Of a stretch of DNA of 56,163 nucleotides, positions 24,890-47,650 are shown in pieces (within the stretch, counting starts at the first letter, position 1; each line of letters opens with the position of its first letter). The stretch is from Hydrurus foetidus (lineage: Eukaryota). The notes beneath the pieces were generated by a model that did not search any database, was not told where the DNA came from, and saw nothing but the letters and a program-made list of their open reading frames with translations. Made by a program: the position numbers and the translations under genes. Location: NCBI GenBank assembly GCA_900617105.1, contig UYFQ01000329.1:1-56163 (forward strand). Direction: 5' to 3'.

Positions 24890-25777
24890 CTCCGTTTTTG
24901 ACCATGCCACACACACGTTTGAGTTGGATTTTGGGCATGAAAAGCAGATGTTTTATTCTGCTTTGGTACTACTTTGACCTCGTGCAGTGAAGACCCGACG
25001 CATACTCTATCATTATCCCAACGCATGTAATCATCTCTACACTTCAATTTTTCTGTTAAGCAATACTGCTCTTATTCCCAGAGCTATTTATCAACGCAAC
25101 CTTCAAAAGTCACCAGTACTACCACAGTAACAGATGTCTGCGATCTCCTATCGGTGGTATTCTCAGCGGTGTTGATAGTAAGATGTAATAATTTGAGTGC
25201 GTCACAGTATGAAGAGTTCCTTCGGAATGCATTGAGTACAGTGCGTGCTTCTGTTACGCTCCTCCTTCCCCTGAGGGAACAATAAGATAGAAGTCAACTT
25301 GAAGTTGAAGTTGTGGGGTGGCTGGTTTATTGCAATCAGATATTTCGATCTTAACCAGGTGGTGCATAAACGATTTGAAGCACCGCTGGTCTTCGTGCAT
25401 CCATAAGGTCTGACAGATCAGAGAAGAATAATAATGCGGCACAGAGGAGGTCAGAATGGATCAGAAGACAGCAGAACTTGTCCTGTTGCATCAACAGGAA
25501 TGGAAATGGAAATAGCAGTGTCGTCATAGAGAAACATACTCGATGATGTTGGTGTACATCATCATATGATGCACTTGATGTATCCGCTTGTAGCGCAATT
25601 AACAAGAAAAACTAATTACTAATACTCAAAAAAACTAATTGTAGTTTCAAATTGCTCGACTTCAAATGATCACAATTTCTCGCATTTTAAATGAGAAACA
25701 TTGGACTTCTAAATAGTTACAGCGGCAATAGTCAGGAATCCTACGCAACAAGTTCCAGTGTAACCAAATCGGAATCA

Positions 25778-37636
<11,859 letters not shown>

Positions 37637-38332
37637 CCTTGTTTTCTACAGAAGTAGCAGCAGTGAGATGGCCACGAGGGATATGAAAGCACAGATATAG
37701 TTCATCGCAGCTCGCAGCTCGCAGCATAATATAGGTTAATGGGTATATACCGTATACTGTATCCGGCTGAAGTATGCGGTATACGGTTTTTAGAATGTTT
37801 CGTACGTGTGTATCTTTTGCTCGAATGTTCCCCATTTCCTGTATTGTATAGTCGCTTTTGGATGGTTACTTTCACTTTATCATTTCCAGATGGTCATATT
37901 CAGACGGCCACTGATCTATCACCTGCATGTATTACAAACTATCGTTCTGATTTTGTCAGTCCCACTCGGTATGGTATTTCGTAAGTACAACAGATGAATT
38001 CAGTTGCGAGGAAATGGGAACTCGAGGATGCAATCCATCCAATGCATAGGACTGCCATGTTTACCCTAAATGCCTGATGTCGGACATCGCTTGCAATTAG
38101 CTGCAGTATCAGTATCCAGTAATATCTTCGGTGAGCGGTCTGTGAGAGATTTTACGGGAGCCAGCCGGAGCGTCGATTCGCCTCTGGCCGGTATATTTCG
38201 GTTTCTTTCCACTGAAATTTTTGTTCCTACCAACTGTTAAAAGGCTGAAGCCTGAAGCTGAAGCTTCAACTCAAGCTCACGCTCCATGCTGTCGTAGAGC
38301 CCAATCTGTGCTGTCGGGTATCGCTAACAACG

Positions 38333-40359
38333 ATGGAGCAGGAAGGGCAAATCCTGAAGCCTCTTCTGGAGTCAATTAGTGGTGATACCTCAGCTCAGGT
38401 ATTAGGATGGAGGCAGCGGCTTCGTGACATCCACTTTTCACGGTGGCAGTCCTTCGCTGGTGTGTGTTTTTATGTCTCTGTCGCTGGTACAACATATGCC
38501 TTCGGCATATACAGTGATCTTTTGAAAACCAACCTGGGCTTCTCCCAAGGAGGGCTTGATGTGATAGCGAGTGTTGGAAATACTGGATTGTACATGAGTC
38601 TTTTGGGAGGTATTCTGCTTGATCGATACGGTCTTCACTTCGTGGTCTATTTAGGAGGACTTCTCATTTTTATTGGTTTCCTCTACATGTGGCTTGCTGT
38701 CGAGGGGCTTGTCCCTGCAGACATTCTATCAGTTAGTATATTCTTCTTTTTATCCCAGTTTGGGGTATGCTGTCACATCTCCTCAGCTGTTACTTCTGCT
38801 GTCCGACTGTTTCCTCCCGAAGTGAGAGGTAGTGCAGTTGGTTTGGCCAAAGGTTACTTTGGGCTAAGCAGCGCAGTTCTCAGTGACTTCTCTGGAGGTT
38901 ACTTCAGCAAATCAAAAGCGAATTTTATTCTTTTCATCGCGATTTTGATCCCTATCGTTGGAACTATCGGAGTATCACTGGCTAACTTTATCCCTAAGCA
39001 TGCTGTGTATTTTAAATTTGATGAAAGGCAAGGTGTTGAGACATCGCTTGTCCCATTCTTCTCCCATTGGATTTGTTTATTCGCTGTGCTGCTCGCTGTT
39101 GGGTATTCTCAGTATGCGTATGAATATGTGGGATACAGCTCGCTGATAATGCCCACGCTCCTCGGCTTGACTGTTCTATCAGTGCTTCTTATACCTAGTT
39201 ATTACGGTGCAAGAACAATTGGAGACGAGGAATGGAAGATTCCTATGAAGCATTCTCAGAACGATGTCGTGGCTTCCGAACATTTACTGTCGGATTCAAA
39301 GAAAAGCTCACTGCTTGGAAACTCAGCGACTAACACCTATTTCGGGAGTGAAGCCATTAGGGATGAATTCAGCTGTGGATCGACTGATGATGACGATGAA
39401 GGAGGAGGAGGAGGAGGAGGAGGAGGAAGCTTTTGAATGACCAACGTAAGAGTATAATACGGAATTTATCCAATCAAAGCAACTTCACAGACTTTGATGT
39501 GAGAGTGAAAATAAAGGATAGGAGGGATTTAATATCTTCCTCTAGTGGTAGTCGTTATGGGTACGGGTCCGTTATTTCAGGGGGTCAAAAAGAGGATGTG
39601 GAAGGTAGTGCGGGATTTAAATATTCAAGTCACAGACATTCCCAACGATCTAATTCAAATAGTAAAGACGTTGACTCAGAGGCTGCTGAGAGTTTCTATG
39701 GTCCATCTATTCCTCTCTCAGAATCGTTCAAAACATGGAGATTTTGGACATTGTATATTGCTTTTTTAACAATATGCGGCACTGGACTAATGGTTATTGA
39801 TAATATAAATGCCATCGCTGAAGCAGTTGGGAGACACCCAAGCGATTTCTTTGTCACTTTAGTGTCACTTGCTAACGGAGCAGGCAGAGTATCAGCTGGA
39901 TATGCTAGTGACAGGCTATCTGCCTATCTGAGTAAATTGCAGTTCCTCTCTTCAGTCGCAGCATTCATGTGTCTAGCTCAAGGGATGTTCGCATTGGGAA
40001 ACACAGAGCTGCTCTATCCCTCCCTTCTTCTTGTAGGCTATTTATTCGGCTGTTCTGTCTCTCTTCTAGCTGTCAACGTTGCTGACATATTTGGTCCCAG
40101 ATTTGTTGCCACAAATTTCGGTGCTGTTGATTCAGCACCGATTTTCGGAAGTTACATTTTCGTAACAGGAATTGTAGCTCTTTTTTACCGAACCAACACA
40201 TCCTACGGAAATGGTGTAGAGACGTGTGTGGGCTCGGACTGTTTTCGTATTCCTTTTGTTGTTAATTCTTCTTGCTGTTTTTTAGTAGCAATTTTTCTGT
40301 TGTTCATGCACACACACACACCAATGCAAAACAGAATAAAATCTGACAGTTATCCATGA
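38333..40359 (+). CDS. Nodulin-like (NFD4/MCH1-type) MFS transporter, with one frameshift at ~39430
   Basis: N-half AGTTYAFGIYS..LK..LG.SQ, GILLDRYG, FP..RGSAVGLAKGYFGLSSAV. C-half FWTLY..GTGLMVIDN, GRVSAGYASD, DIFG..F..NFG, CVGSDCF. The two overlapping ORFs join just after a (GGA)n tract. Confidence 0.9.
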
Positions 40360-41552
40360 GTCTAATAATCTCATGTCATTTCATGCTAACTAACTGTGTA
40401 TGAATAATGGTTTCGTATTAAACGAATTTTCGATCATGAAGTTATTTCGTTATTATCCAGAATGATTATGGGAAAGTTTTACGTCTTATTCTTTCCTCAT
40501 ATGTCTTTCTGGTGTAAAGAACAGAAGATATCATAGAAGATGGCACAAGGAAGGAATCTAATTCCTCTCTCGAAATCCGCTTTCGATTAGATTTGAAATG
40601 ACGTATCATGCTGTCACTTTGTGCTCTGCATTATTCCTTTGTACATGGGAGATGATATGGTATGCTATGCTGTCTTTCTGACAGTGCTGACAAGATGTAA
40701 AAATGATGAGGTCGTCTTACGAAGTTTTGTCCAGGTTATTCGTGGAAATAATCGCTGGTACCAATCCACGAAATAAGAATCAACTTCATAATTTCTCTAA
40801 AAAACGATTTGGATGAAAAAAAAGAGTTGTTTCGGATTTTAGCAGACAAATTAATTTTTTGAAACAAATCTGACGTACGTAAACTCCCGGATCCTCGACC
40901 CTAATTCTAGAATTAGATAGTACACAATATTACAGAAGATAGAACAGAACAGAACAGAAGTAGAAGGATGTGAAGAACGGTAGGTGGGATGAAGAAGGGT
41001 TAATGTTGCTTACTGCTCTATTTAATGTGTTGATTTAATACAGCAGTTGCATTGTAATGGCAGAATCTCCGCACAGATGACAGATGAGATGCGACTTATT
41101 TCTATCCTAACCTATCCGATATATTGTGGGGTGCATTGGATTCCTGTGCTGTGCAAGCATGCAATGCACTCATCGCAAAGTAGCCGATGAAGCTATGAGA
41201 TCTGCGTATGATCTCAATCAAGTGAGAAAGACGCTGAGAAAGTATTGAGTGCGTGGAGAATAGCAGATGAACTGACCCTCCCATCCCCTACCCCCTTATT
41301 AACTGCTCCCCTTCGCATCAGTTTCAAGTGCTGTCATCTTGTTTTCACACTTTCCTATGCCCTTTATGCATTCAAGTTGTATCGATCGATTCTATTTTCA
41401 AAAACTCTAGCAGCAAAAGAATTTGCAGGACTATGGACTATAATTCCAGATACATTGTTGCTCGTATTTATTCTTGTTCAATTATATTTTGGATTGAAGA
41501 TCTGCTTCTTCTACTGCTGAGAGCATCCAGATAGATTCGATTTGGAGGGGCC

Positions 41553-41935
41553 ATCGGTAGGACAGGGTGCAGTAGAGGGAGAGGGTGACACAGGAGACAC
41601 TTCGGTGGGACAGGGTGCAGTAGAGGGAGAGGGTGACACATCGGTGGGACAGGGTGCAGTAGAGGGAGAGAGTGACACAGGAGACACGTCGGTGGGACAG
41701 GGTGCAGTAGAGGGAGAGAGTGACACAGGAGACACATCGGTGGGACAGGGTGCAGTAGAGGGAGAGGGTGACACAGGAGACACATCGGTGGGACAGGGTG
41801 CAGTAGAGGGAGAGGGTGACACAGGAGACACATCGGTGGGACAGGGTGCAGTAGAGGGAGAGGGTGACACAGGAGACACATCGGTGGGACAGGGTGCAGT
41901 AGAGGGAGAGGGTGACACAGGAGACACATCGGTAG
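41553..41935. repeat. 48-bp tandem repeat, ~8 copies (SPSPSTAPCPTDVSPV on minus strand)
   Basis: Unit catcggtgggacagggtgcagtagagggagagggtgacacaggagaca. One copy is 9 bp shorter. Confidence 0.95.
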
Positions 41936-42164
41936 GAATTGTGACAGTGGAGGGTAGTAGAGAGACTGCGGGATAAACGGAGACTGATATGGGAGACGCA
42001 GGGGATGCAGAAGGGGATGGAGGAAGTGATGGTGATCAAGAGGATTCATTGGGCACAGATGATAGAGGGCCAGTTTGTGAAGTGGGCACTAGCGGTGCTG
42101 CGATCTTAGGGCTTTGAATTTTCTGATCCACAACATTGCCAAGACCTTTTACGACTAATGAAAT

Positions 42165-44624
42165 TCATGCGGCTACCCCGGTCGACCCGGCTAAAGGAAC
42201 TGATGCGGCTAATCCGGTAGACGTGGCTAACGGAGAGTCAGAACCAGGACTCGTACACGGTGGCATAGACAATGTGATGCCCTGAGGGGCAGAGAAAGGG
42301 GTGGAAACGGCGGCAGAAATAGAAGTGCAGTCAAGGGCATCGGTACTGACAGGTGTAGAGGTGAAGGGTGAGAAAGGGGTCGAGAAGGGTGTGTGATTGA
42401 CAGCTGGAACAGGAGTAGGGAGAGCGGGCATGGCTTGCATGGTGCTGTACTTCCTCCCTTTATGCGTCCTGGCATTAGAGGCAGAATAAGACGATTCGCT
42501 GCCTTTTCCCCTCGGCACCCATTTTGTCTGCCCTTTTTTTACGATTGGATTTGATGCATCTACATTTGATGGTGCTGCATCTAATGTTGTTTTTGTGGCA
42601 GCTGTTTGTGGAGATGATGCATCTGATTTCAGGGATGCAGCATCTAATATCTGGTCTGTTGGGTGCAAGTTTTGAGGTGCTGATGATTTCGTGGTGTTGT
42701 CAGACATGCTGTCAGTAACAGGAAGTGTGGCAGACGTTGGCTGATCTCTTGGCACAGTTGCCTCAGAGGCATCAGATGTGTTTGTATGTACAAGTGAAGG
42801 CGTCACACTATTTGATACTATTTCAGTTTTTCCAGCTTCTTTCTTTTTTTCAGCTTCAAGTGCTGTTGCAGCCGCTTTCTTGGCATTAGATTCAATAAGA
42901 GCATTTCTCGCTTTAATTTCACTCTCTCTTTTTGCTCTCTTAGCAAGTTTCGCCTCTTTTCTCTCTTCAATTTCTCTCTCTTCTGCAAGCCGCATTATTG
43001 CTTCCATGTGATAATGTCCTTCTGGTCCTGAGTTGTGTAACATGTGTAAGAAAGCCATTCTATGATGTTCCTCTTCACTCTCACTGCAATCTGGGTGATG
43101 TTGACTCATGTGACCGCATGGAATGGGCATCCCTGGAGGAAAAGGAAAAGACCCGAACCCATTCCCACCCCCTGATTGCTGCTGCTGTTGTCTCTGCTGT
43201 GAGGAGTTGTTCTGACTAGTAGCTGGCTTGGAATTAGTTCCAGTTCCACCCCCCGTAGAATTATCCGGTTTTGAACATTTGGCAAATCCGTTATTTTCAG
43301 TGGTGCTCGATTCAGACGGAACTGCACTCTTCGCTGTTGCACCCAATGCTGATACTGGTGTTGCTTGTTTAGGTGAGGGTTTGCTATTCAAGAATCCTGT
43401 AGCTAGTTTTGTTGATTTTGCTGCTGCAGGTTTACCAGCAGCAGCAGGAGTAGCTTTGCCATTAGAAGTTGTAGTGGCGGGTTTGGATTGTGTCTTGTCT
43501 GCCGATAGAGGCACAACGCTCGATGCACCTCCACCACTTGTTCTACTACCATTAGCAGCAGCAGCAGCAGCAGCAGCAGCGGCAGCGGCTGCGAAGGGGC
43601 GGAGAGGACGAAGTGGTGGCTGTATCCCTGGCACCGATTCAAGGGCCAGCAGAGACAGAGACCGAGCTGCATGCTGTGACGCATTAGCCAGATTTGAGAA
43701 GGAAACCTTCATATTGGCTATCTTAGTCAGGGTGTCAATGCGACTAGAGGAAGTGGTGCATCGCTGAGTGAATAATCCTGTCTGTAATTCTTCCGACATC
43801 GTCATCAGCTGTGCTTGCAATCCACCCAGACCAGTGCTGAGTTCCGACAGCATCTGAGCGACTGCTAAGGAGGGATCTTCTGCTCTCGTTTCAACTTCCT
43901 CCAATACTGGTTCGATATAGCCCTGATCCTGATCAGTACTTCTCGCGCTTCCTGCCAATAGTCGTATACTACAGAGCCCCGATTCCATCGATGACGAGAA
44001 TTGTTCTCTCGCTCTCAGCACAGTTATTCTGCCATCCCCCTGAGGTGGTGCTGCTGTTGCCCTCTGCTGTGCTGCGGCATCATTGTTATTCATAGCGTCA
44101 TTTACACTCCTAGCAAACATGTCTGAGAATATCGCATCCATATCAGGAGGCCCAGTGTGCGAAGAGTTCCTGTCCTGATCCACCGACATTGACCCAACGA
44201 AGAATCTTCCCATTCCATTCGGCAATTCAGATACTACAGGATCAGGTGTAGATCTATTTCCCATGCCAGATGCTCCGTTAGTTCCTCCAACGTTACTTGG
44301 TTGAGACATGGAAGTGGTAAATGTAAAGCTCGATTGACCTCGAGATGCCGCCGCAGCAGTCTGCTGTGCTGGCGATGAAGCGGCCTCGGATGGTAGGGTG
44401 TTGATCGGTCGGATTACAGCATGAATAACTGAATCATCAAGTATCCCATACTTGCTAATCTGGTCGGAATCACTCAGCACTTGACCGGCAAATATCAGCC
44501 GAATTCTGTCACTTTCAGCGTTGAGCCGCAGTCCGACTTCGGCCCTTAATTTCGTCACTTCTGAAGATTTCTCGACATCCATAGGGAATTCATCGCCGTT
44601 GATCGTCTTTAATCTTATCTGCAT
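42165..44624 (-). CDS. N-terminal ubiquitin-like domain protein (BAG6/ubiquilin-like UBL) with long low-complexity tail
   Basis: MQIRLKTINGDEF...RLIFAGQVLSD...YGILDDSVIHAVIR. Followed by helical, poly-A/Q and S/T/P-rich regions. 819 aa, intronless as called. Confidence 0.85.
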   Translation of the reverse strand: MQIRLKTINGDEFPMDVEKSSEVTKLRAEVGLRLNAESDRIRLIFAGQVLSDSDQISKYGILDDSVIHAVIRPINTLPSEAASSPAQQTAAAASRGQSSFTFTTSMSQPSNVGGTNGASGMGNRSTPDPVVSELPNGMGRFFVGSMSVDQDRNSSHTGPPDMDAIFSDMFARSVNDAMNNNDAAAQQRATAAPPQGDGRITVLRAREQFSSSMESGLCSIRLLAGSARSTDQDQGYIEPVLEEVETRAEDPSLAVAQMLSELSTGLGGLQAQLMTMSEELQTGLFTQRCTTSSSRIDTLTKIANMKVSFSNLANASQHAARSLSLLALESVPGIQPPLRPLRPFAAAAAAAAAAAAANGSRTSGGGASSVVPLSADKTQSKPATTTSNGKATPAAAGKPAAAKSTKLATGFLNSKPSPKQATPVSALGATAKSAVPSESSTTENNGFAKCSKPDNSTGGGTGTNSKPATSQNNSSQQRQQQQQSGGGNGFGSFPFPPGMPIPCGHMSQHHPDCSESEEEHHRMAFLHMLHNSGPEGHYHMEAIMRLAEEREIEERKEAKLAKRAKRESEIKARNALIESNAKKAAATALEAEKKKEAGKTEIVSNSVTPSLVHTNTSDASEATVPRDQPTSATLPVTDSMSDNTTKSSAPQNLHPTDQILDAASLKSDASSPQTAATKTTLDAAPSNVDASNPIVKKGQTKWVPRGKGSESSYSASNARTHKGRKYSTMQAMPALPTPVPAVNHTPFSTPFSPFTSTPVSTDALDCTSISAAVSTPFSAPQGITLSMPPCTSPGSDSPLATSTGLAASVPLAGSTGVAA

Positions 44625-45954
44625 CTTTGTGATGCTTCAAGTAACTTTCGTGAGTCCTTAGTTGGTGAGTTGGGAGGGGGCCATATCTTTTGACCACGCT
44701 ACGCCAACCGGCTTCATCAATCAAATTTCTTCCGACAGCAGCATCATCGATTCGCTGATCCCTTCATTCGTTAAAAAACTCAAGCTGTGGTTCTGAAGAC
44801 GAGATTCTCAAACAACTCGAACTGCTTGATGAGTATATCCAGCAGTCCAGCCAACAGGAGGTTGAATGATTCTTTCCCTTTGGGTCCAACTCTGATATTA
44901 TCCGGATGAGCTACATTAGACATTAGACAACTGTTGGAGCAAGGGGGTATAGAAAAAGAGAGGGGGCACTTACAACCACCCCACACCAGCTAAATTTTTC
45001 TCACCGGCTTCCCACTCAGGATTGGAATACCGAGTATTGAATCTTGATGGAGCAGTGTGTCGATAGCAGTATATTTGGCCATCACAATCTCTGCCACTGC
45101 ATAGTACCTTCTGCAATCAGGTCTAGCAGCGTCAATATTTGGAGGCTGCGATCACATCGGCTCTTGCATTTCTGATCTAAGCATGTAAGTAATCCTGTGT
45201 TTCAATCGATTGGCGAGATGGTGATTTTAGTTTTCTTATCTACCATTTGTGGGATTGTCAATGAACTTTCTTGCCTACGGAGGGCCTCTGCACCACTTTC
45301 GGCAGTTGCTTCTACATCATATCCTCTTGAATTTCGTTAATTTGGTGCAGAGGCCGTCGAGAATCAATTGATTTCTTACATACTCAAAATTTTGTTTCAG
45401 GCAAAATCTGATGACAGGTTTGCTGGCTGTACAGATCTTGAAATTTTCTCTCGATTCATTCTTTGAATTGAAATTGTTGAGGGATCCAAGCTCAGGTGGG
45501 AAGCCTGGCGAAGATGTCCTGTCCGAGGTTCTCAACATCATAGTAACTGACTACTAATTCGTAGAGCAAATTCTGCAAGAAAAGGCAAGATGCATCGTCT
45601 GTCAAGAACTGAAGAAAAAAAGCTGTGTGAACGCTCTCACGCCCAAGGAGAAATATTTCACTCTCGAAGAGATTTTCGATAGTTCTCTCGTAGATACCTC
45701 CAGGTTGCAAGAATAAGTCGAGGTTGAAAGCCGGCAAAGTCATTGCAATAGAATGGAGAATGCTTGGTTGTGTCGTGTTCGCAACACCGTTCGCTGAAGT
45801 AAAAGTTGAACTGAGATGAGTGAACATCCAAGTTGGATCACCGCTCACCGCTTTTGGGTTTTTCATTTTTTGGAAAAATAGGCGGGGCTGAGGTGAGGAT
45901 TCCGCTTGGTGGAAGAGTGCCCCCTCTCTCTTTTATACCCCCTTGGTTGGAGTA

Positions 45955-46094
45955 CCGTCTCCTCCCATATGTTTTATTTTGTTTGAGTGTGAACACGGGA
46001 AATCGGGCGTCTTTTTGTCCTTGGGGTGGCTGAGAACTTGGATCAGTATGAGGCCTATTTCCAGTTTTCTTGGAAAACATATGGGAGGAGACGG
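45955..46094. mobile_element. MITE, Tc1/mariner-pogo-type, 140 bp
   Basis: Perfect 21-bp TIR ccgtctcctcccatatgtttt / aaaacatatgggaggagacgg. TA on both flanks. Confidence 0.85.
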
Positions 46095-46109
46095 TATCCG
46101 GGGAAAATG

Positions 46110-46387
46110 CACTGGAAGTCCACCAAAATTGGATTATTTCGGAAAATCAAAACACGGATACTACCTGGTATCAAATTTTTTGATACCAGGTAGCAATTTG
46201 CTGAGGTTCAAATTGGACCTCGGCAATTTGGTACCAGGTACCAAAAGATATTTAATCCGGGGGTGCCAATTTACCGAGGTCCAATTTGAACCTCAGCAAA
46301 TTGTTGCCTGGTTTCAAAAAATTTGATACCAGGTAGTATCCCTGTTTTGATTTTCCGAAATAATTCAATTTTGGTGGACTTCCACTG
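46110..46387. mobile_element. Foldback MITE, pogo/Tigger-like termini, 278 bp
   Basis: About 125-bp near-perfect inverted arms starting CA[C/G]TGGAAGTCCACC. TA on the right flank, TG on the left. Confidence 0.85.
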
Positions 46388-46398
46388 TAGTAGTTGTA

Positions 46399-47650
46399 TA
46401 GTAACGTAAAGTTCGGATAGCTCAGGATCGGATCGCTCAGGATTTGGCACTTTTTTTTCCTGAGTGCCGATGCACGGGTATAAGATATTTGACATTCAAT
46501 TTTATCTAGTATGTCTTTTTTCCTGAGCGCCGATAGCAGAAGAGTAACCGGGATAGCTCACTTGGTGGGGCGGTAGGACCTGCAGACAACGGTTGGGGGC
46601 TCGAAGCCTGGCGAAATCACTCCAATCGACTATCTTTTTTGATGCGACTTACATAAAATAGACTTTACACTCTACTCCTCAACTTTGAGCCTCTCGATCG
46701 CGATCAACAATCACAAACCCAAGATGACGGCAGAGCACATTGATTTCTTCAGATGCTGGACTTCTGACGATTGATTTCTTGTTCGGAACGCTCTAATTAT
46801 CAGGTAAGAGAATCGCAGGCTGCTTTGAGCAACCGAAACCTTATTCCTGTGGATCGCAAAAATCTCAATCAGAGACGAATTTTTCTGATGCCTCGATTTG
46901 ATCCCCCAGATTAATCGAGGTCGTCTCATCAGACAGGATCGATCTTTGAGGTGTCGTGATGGGGCTGCGAGTGGATTTCTTTCCCTTGAAGGTGTGAGTA
47001 ATGACATTTTGCCGATTTTGTCATCACATTGGGTCCATGGTTTTAAGCGACTATTTTGTCGTGTGCCACAGTCAATTAATTGATTCAGCTGCTGCCCCTT
47101 TGCACCTGATATGCTGTGGGGTCTTCAACGAAGTCTGTGAGCTCCAATCTGCTGAATCTGTCGTCCCTAGAAATCGGCCACTTTTCCCAGATAGCACATG
47201 ATCTGCATGAATCACACTTTCCTCATCAGAGAGAATGAACCCTGGAATCTTCGCGTTCTATTTCTAATCTTATTTCTGGTTTAAATGCAGATGCTAATGA
47301 GAATTCTGGCCATCAGTAGAACTCGCCTTCACAGTGGTAGCTAGATAGTATAAGAGGGTAGCACTCAGAGGAGGTACCCCTTACAAAGTAGATTGCTTCG
47401 AGAGGTGACATGAGGATTAGGTGAATTATCTTTTAATATGGATGACGAAGTGGAAGACAACAAATTTTAGAGCGGCGTAGTTAGAGCAAGCATATAACTT
47501 TAAATCAATTCACTCCTGTACATGGCTCATCGGATAGCTCAGGATCGGATGGCTCAGGATGGCATCATTTCCTGAGTGCCGATGCACGGGTATAGGATAA
47601 TTTGAAAATCCTGAGCATCCGATCCTGAGCTATCCGAGCTTTACGTTATA
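46399..47650. mobile_element. Non-autonomous TIR DNA transposon (possibly hAT-like)
   Basis: About 40-bp TIR taacgtaaag[t/c]tcggatagctcaggatcggat(c)gctcagga at 46402 and, inverted, ending at 47648. Repeated gctcagga motifs. Left end also repeated directly at ~47530-47598. TSD not clear. Confidence 0.75.
46548..46640 (+). ncRNA. tRNA-derived (SINE-like / pseudo-tRNA) Pol III-like unit
   Basis: A-box-like tagctcacttgg, anticodon-arm-like ggacctgcaga, B-box-like ggctcgaagcc, T6 at 46635-46640. No intact cloverleaf. Confidence 0.45.

Noticed and set aside
41468..42049. Cys/His-rich repeat proteins in alternative frames and the plus-strand GQGAVEGEGDT ORF
   Set aside because: A stop-free 48-bp unit is open in several frames automatically. 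Only the frame continuous with the UBL gene has supporting context.
38333..44624. Genome-wide UGA reassignment
   Set aside because: DDX1, AAA, ARM, BRE-like and MFS genes all appear to terminate at TGA, and Trp is encoded by TGG.
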